Below are positions 60,605 to 64,000 of a stretch of 64,000 nt of DNA, in pieces (position 1 is the stretch's first letter; each line of letters starts with the position of its first letter). Below the pieces are notes generated by a model. That model saw only the letters and a list, made by a program, of their open reading frames with translations, was not told where the DNA came from and searched no databases. The stretch lies in contig CAVQKE010000007.1 in assembly GCA_963713045.1 (NCBI GenBank), positions 320,001 to 384,000 on the forward strand, given 5' to 3'. Origin of the DNA: an uncultured delta proteobacterium. GTDB taxonomy: Bacteria > Myxococcota > Myxococcia > Myxococcales > Myxococcaceae. The position numbers and the translations under genes were made by a program.

Positions 60605-61009
60605 CTAGCTGGCGAGCTTGAAAATCATCCAGACGAAGAGGACCAACTGGATGAAAAAAAAGGTCGCCCGAACGTAGACGTTGGGCACGCCGAGGCCGGA
60701 GAGGTGGGCCACCGTCTGCCCGAAGCGGGCATACAGGACAAACGGGGCGAGGGTGTCAATGGTGCCAAGCCGGCCGGTGGAGGCGGCAAACAGCACGATG
60801 GCGCCGAAGACCGGCAAGTTTTCAAGGCAATTGGTGTGCGCGTCCTCCATGCGACGGAACAGCGGCGGGTCGTCGGCGGGCTTGGGGTTGCGCAGCCAAT
60901 GGTTGATGGGCGTTCCCCCCAGCACCCGGACTCCCCGCTGGAGAAAGACAAGAATGACCAACAGCAGAGTCCAGGCCGCAAATCCCAACAGCGCTTGAAG
61001 AGCCGTCAT
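60605..61009 (-). CDS. MAPEG family protein
   Basis: R..DAHTNCLENLPVF, ARFGQTVAH. Confidence 0.88.
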   Translation of the reverse strand: MTALQALLGFAAWTLLLVILVFLQRGVRVLGGTPINHWLRNPKPADDPPLFRRMEDAHTNCLENLPVFGAIVLFAASTGRLGTIDTLAPFVLYARFGQTVAHLSGLGVPNVYVRATFFFIQLVLFVWMIFKLAS

Positions 61010-61173
61010 GGTTTTCTCCCCGGGGGGGGAATGCTGGCCGCCCCGCGCGCGGCTGCCTTTCATGCACCAGCGCGGAGCCTAGTCCGCACGGCACGCCTTC
61101 CGTCCCGGGAAATGCGCCCGGGCCCAGCCAAGGCTCGCGCCGTCTCCCTCGGGGGAAGGGCTGTCCTGAGAGG

Positions 61174-61746
61174 TCAGCCGGGAGAGGGCGAGGCGGCCGA
61201 GAGCAGCGAGGCGAGGTCCAGCTCCGGACCCTCCAACTCGAGCAGCGTCCCAGGGGCATACGGCAGCCGGAGCAGCTCCTCTCGCCCGAGGCCCAAGAGG
61301 CGAGCAAGGCGCCCCATGGGCCAGCTGTCGCGGAGGGCCTCAAACTCCTCCTCGGAGAGCTCCTCGACGTCCAGGTCCCGCTCCTCATAGACGAGGGTCT
61401 CGCCCCCGACTGGACTGCCGGCCCCGTAGGAAGTCACCGCTTCGAAGCGGTCCGGGTCAAAGGCGTAGGCGTGCACCGTCCCGAGCGAGGCCGAGGAGAG
61501 CGCGGCTGCCAGGGCCTGGTGGTCCCGGTACCACTGGGCCCCGGGCGGTCCATAGGTGTGAGGCCCGTCATAGGCCAGGCGCACCAGCCGCCGGTCCATG
61601 TCCACCGACACCAAGAGGCCTGCGGCCTGTGGCGAAAGCCCCTCCGCCTGGAGGGCGGTGCGGGCCAGCCGTTGCAGCGGCACCCCGGCCAGGCTGTCGG
61701 CCCGGAGAAGGTAGCCGCCGTGGGCGTCAATGCGGGGCGCAAACAC
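61174..61746 (-). CDS. Hypothetical protein
   Basis: Protein-like C-terminal part of ORF 61174-62286 starting at GTG 61746. Confidence 0.6.
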   Translation of the reverse strand: MFAPRIDAHGGYLLRADSLAGVPLQRLARTALQAEGLSPQAAGLLVSVDMDRRLVRLAYDGPHTYGPPGAQWYRDHQALAAALSSASLGTVHAYAFDPDRFEAVTSYGAGSPVGGETLVYEERDLDVEELSEEEFEALRDSWPMGRLARLLGLGREELLRLPYAPGTLLELEGPELDLASLLSAASPSPG

Positions 61747-61819
61747 GTGGAGATGGCCTTGCTTGTACGCGTCGTCCGGGCGCCTTGCCAAGGCCGCGCA
61801 AAGGCTTAGGGTATTGGCC

Positions 61820-64000
61820 ATGCGAATCGACCAGTTCACCGTCAAGGCGCAGGAGGCCATCCAGGCCGGGCAGGCGCTCGCGCGCCGCGCTGGAAACCCC
61901 CAGTATGAACCGGAACACCTGATGCTCGCCCTCCTCGACCAGGAGCAGGGGCTGGTGCCGGCCATTGTCCAGCGGGTGGGTGCCGAACCCCAGCTGTTGC
62001 GCGACCGGCTGCAAGAGGCGCTCGGCAAACTTCCCAAGGTGTCTGGCGGCGAAGGGGCCAACCTCTCGCAGCGTCTGCTCAAACTTTTCGACAAGGCCGA
62101 GGACGAGGCCAAGTCGTTGAAGGACGAATACGTCTCGAGCGAGCACCTGCTGCTGGCCGCCATCGGCGACAAGGGGAGTGTCGGGGAAGTCCTCAAGGCT
62201 TCGGGCATCACCCATGCCCGTGTCCTCTCGGTGCTGAAGGAGTTGCGCGGCGGCCGGCGCGTCACCTCCCAGGATGCCGAGGACACCTACGAGGCGCTGG
62301 AGAAGTATGGCCGGGACCTGACCGCCGACGCCCGTGCCGGCAAGCTCGACCCCGTCATCGGCCGCGATGAGGAGATTCGGCGCGTCATTCAAGTGTTGAG
62401 CCGCCGCACCAAAAACAATCCGGTTCTCATTGGTGAGCCGGGCGTCGGGAAGACCGCCATCGTCGAGGGACTGGCCCGGCGCATCATCGACGGAGACGTC
62501 CCCGAAGGGCTGAAGGACAAGCGGCTGGTGGCGCTGGACTTGGGTGCCATGGTGGCCGGCGCAAAATTCCGCGGGGAGTTTGAAGAGCGGCTGAAGGCGG
62601 TGCTGCATGAAGTCGCCGCCGCCGAGGGGCGAATTCTCCTCTTCATCGACGAGCTGCACACCCTGGTGGGAGCCGGCAAGGCCGAAGGGGCGATGGACGC
62701 AGGCAACATGCTGAAGCCCGCCCTGGCCCGCGGGGAGCTGCACGCCATCGGCGCCACCACGCTGGATGAGTACCGCAAGTACATTGAAAAGGACGCGGCC
62801 CTGGAGAGGCGTTTTCAGCCAGTGATGGTGGGCGAGCCCTCGGTGTCCGACACCATCAGCATTTTGCGCGGGCTGAAGGAACGCTATGAAGTTCACCACG
62901 GCGTTCGCATCCAGGACGCGGCCCTGGTGGCCGCTGCCACGCTGTCCAACCGGTACATCTCCGACCGCTTCTTGCCGGACAAGGCCATCGACTTGGTGGA
63001 CGAGGCGGCCAGCCGGCTGCGCATCGAGATTGACTCCATGCCTCAGGCCATCGACGACATTCGTCGTCGCATTACCCAGCTCGAGATTGAACGCGAGGGC
63101 CTGAAAAAGGAGTCCGACAAGTATGCGCGAGAGCGTCTGGCGGCGATTGAGAAGGAGTTGGCTGACTTGCGCGAGACCTTCTCGTCTCTGAAGGCGCATT
63201 GGGAGGCGGAGAAGGCTGCCATTTCGAAAATCCGCGCCGTCAAGGAGAAGCTGGACAAGGCCCGCACCGAGCAGGCCGCGGCCGAACGTCAATCGGACCT
63301 GAACCGCGCCGCCGAGCTGAAGTTCGGCACCATCCCGGCGCTGGAGCGGGAGTTGGTGGAGCAGAACGCCAAGTTGGCGGAGCTCCAGAAGAAGCAGAAA
63401 TTCCTCAAAGAGGAAGTCGACGCCGAGGACATCGCGCAAGTGGTGGCCAAGTGGACCCACATCCCGGTGTCCCGCCTGATGGAGGGCGAAGTCCAGAAGC
63501 TCATCCACATGGAGGAACGCCTCGAAAAGCGGGTGGTCGGGCAACGGCCGGCCATCGAGGCGGTGAGCAACGCCATCCGCCGTGCCCGGAGCGGGCTTCA
63601 GGACCCCAACCGCCCCATCGGCTCCTTCATTTTTCTCGGACCGACTGGCGTTGGGAAGACGGAGACGGCCAAGGCCCTCGCCGAGTTCCTCTTCGACGAC
63701 GAGAATGCCCTCATCCGCCTGGACATGTCGGAGTACATGGAGAAGCACTCCGTGTCTCGCCTGGTGGGTGCTCCGCCGGGCTACGTCGGCTACGACGAGG
63801 GCGGTCAACTGACCGAGGCGGTGCGGCGTCGTCCCTATTCGGTAGTGCTGCTTGACGAGATTGAAAAGGCCCACCCAGACGTCTTCAACGTGCTGTTACA
63901 AATTCTCGACGACGGCCGGCTGACGGATAGCCAGGGCCGCACCGTGGACTTCAAAAACACCGTCCTCATCATGACGTCCAACCTCGGCAGCCAGGGCCTG
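61820..64000 (+). CDS. clpB: ATP-dependent chaperone ClpB (3' end beyond window)
   Basis: [37 protein letters not shown]; middle coiled-coil domain; GPTGVGKTE second Walker A. Confidence 0.95.
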   Translation, partial: MRIDQFTVKAQEAIQAGQALARRAGNPQYEPEHLMLALLDQEQGLVPAIVQRVGAEPQLLRDRLQEALGKLPKVSGGEGANLSQRLLKLFDKAEDEAKSLKDEYVSSEHLLLAAIGDKGSVGEVLKASGITHARVLSVLKELRGGRRVTSQDAEDTYEALEKYGRDLTADARAGKLDPVIGRDEEIRRVIQVLSRRTKNNPVLIGEPGVGKTAIVEGLARRIIDGDVPEGLKDKRLVALDLGAMVAGAKFRGEFEERLKAVLHEVAAAEGRILLFIDELHTLVGAGKAEGAMDAGNMLKPALARGELHAIGATTLDEYRKYIEKDAALERRFQPVMVGEPSVSDTISILRGLKERYEVHHGVRIQDAALVAAATLSNRYISDRFLPDKAIDLVDEAASRLRIEIDSMPQAIDDIRRRITQLEIEREGLKKESDKYARERLAAIEKELADLRETFSSLKAHWEAEKAAISKIRAVKEKLDKARTEQAAAERQSDLNRAAELKFGTIPALERELVEQNAKLAELQKKQKFLKEEVDAEDIAQVVAKWTHIPVSRLMEGEVQKLIHMEERLEKRVVGQRPAIEAVSNAIRRARSGLQDPNRPIGSFIFLGPTGVGKTETAKALAEFLFDDENALIRLDMSEYMEKHSVSRLVGAPPGYVGYDEGGQLTEAVRRRPYSVVLLDEIEKAHPDVFNVLLQILDDGRLTDSQGRTVDFKNTVLIMTSNLGSQGL

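Noticed and set aside
61727..63874. 715 aa minus-strand ORF
   Set aside because: Antisense shadow of clpB, which the ORF track misses because it runs off the window

Overview
GC-rich bacterial DNA, probably Myxococcota (inferred from gene content: mevalonate operon, DUF4388 regulator, Gly-extended S18). Bases 1-9730 are the right part of an integrated phage-satellite-like element. It encodes an RHH-like regulator, a primase-SF3 helicase, an iteron-like repeat cluster, a terminase-small-subunit-like gene and a lone capsid-cement-like gene. Its cargo is a DUF3467-like gene, a putative antitoxin/ADP-ribosyltransferase-like toxin ORF, a Cys-rich lipoprotein and a stand-alone tandem ClpX zinc-finger protein. 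The element ends at a tRNA-Leu(CAG) 3'-half att copy. A second, degenerate att copy at 12055-12105 closes a 2.3 kb islet carrying a DUF1778/GNAT toxin-antitoxin pair. The rest is mostly metabolic and housekeeping: pyruvate kinase, MocR regulator, TrpB2, Cys-free DksA, mevalonate operon, signalling genes, dapF, an IPT/TIG+RCC1 lipoprotein, hpt, prs, tricorn protease, rplY-pth-rpsF-rpsR-rplI-dnaB, thiD/thiE and a partial clpB. About seven single-base frameshifts, mostly in short homopolymers, suggest assembly errors, so some gene boundaries are provisional. All family assignments come from motif recognition by eye; no searches were run.
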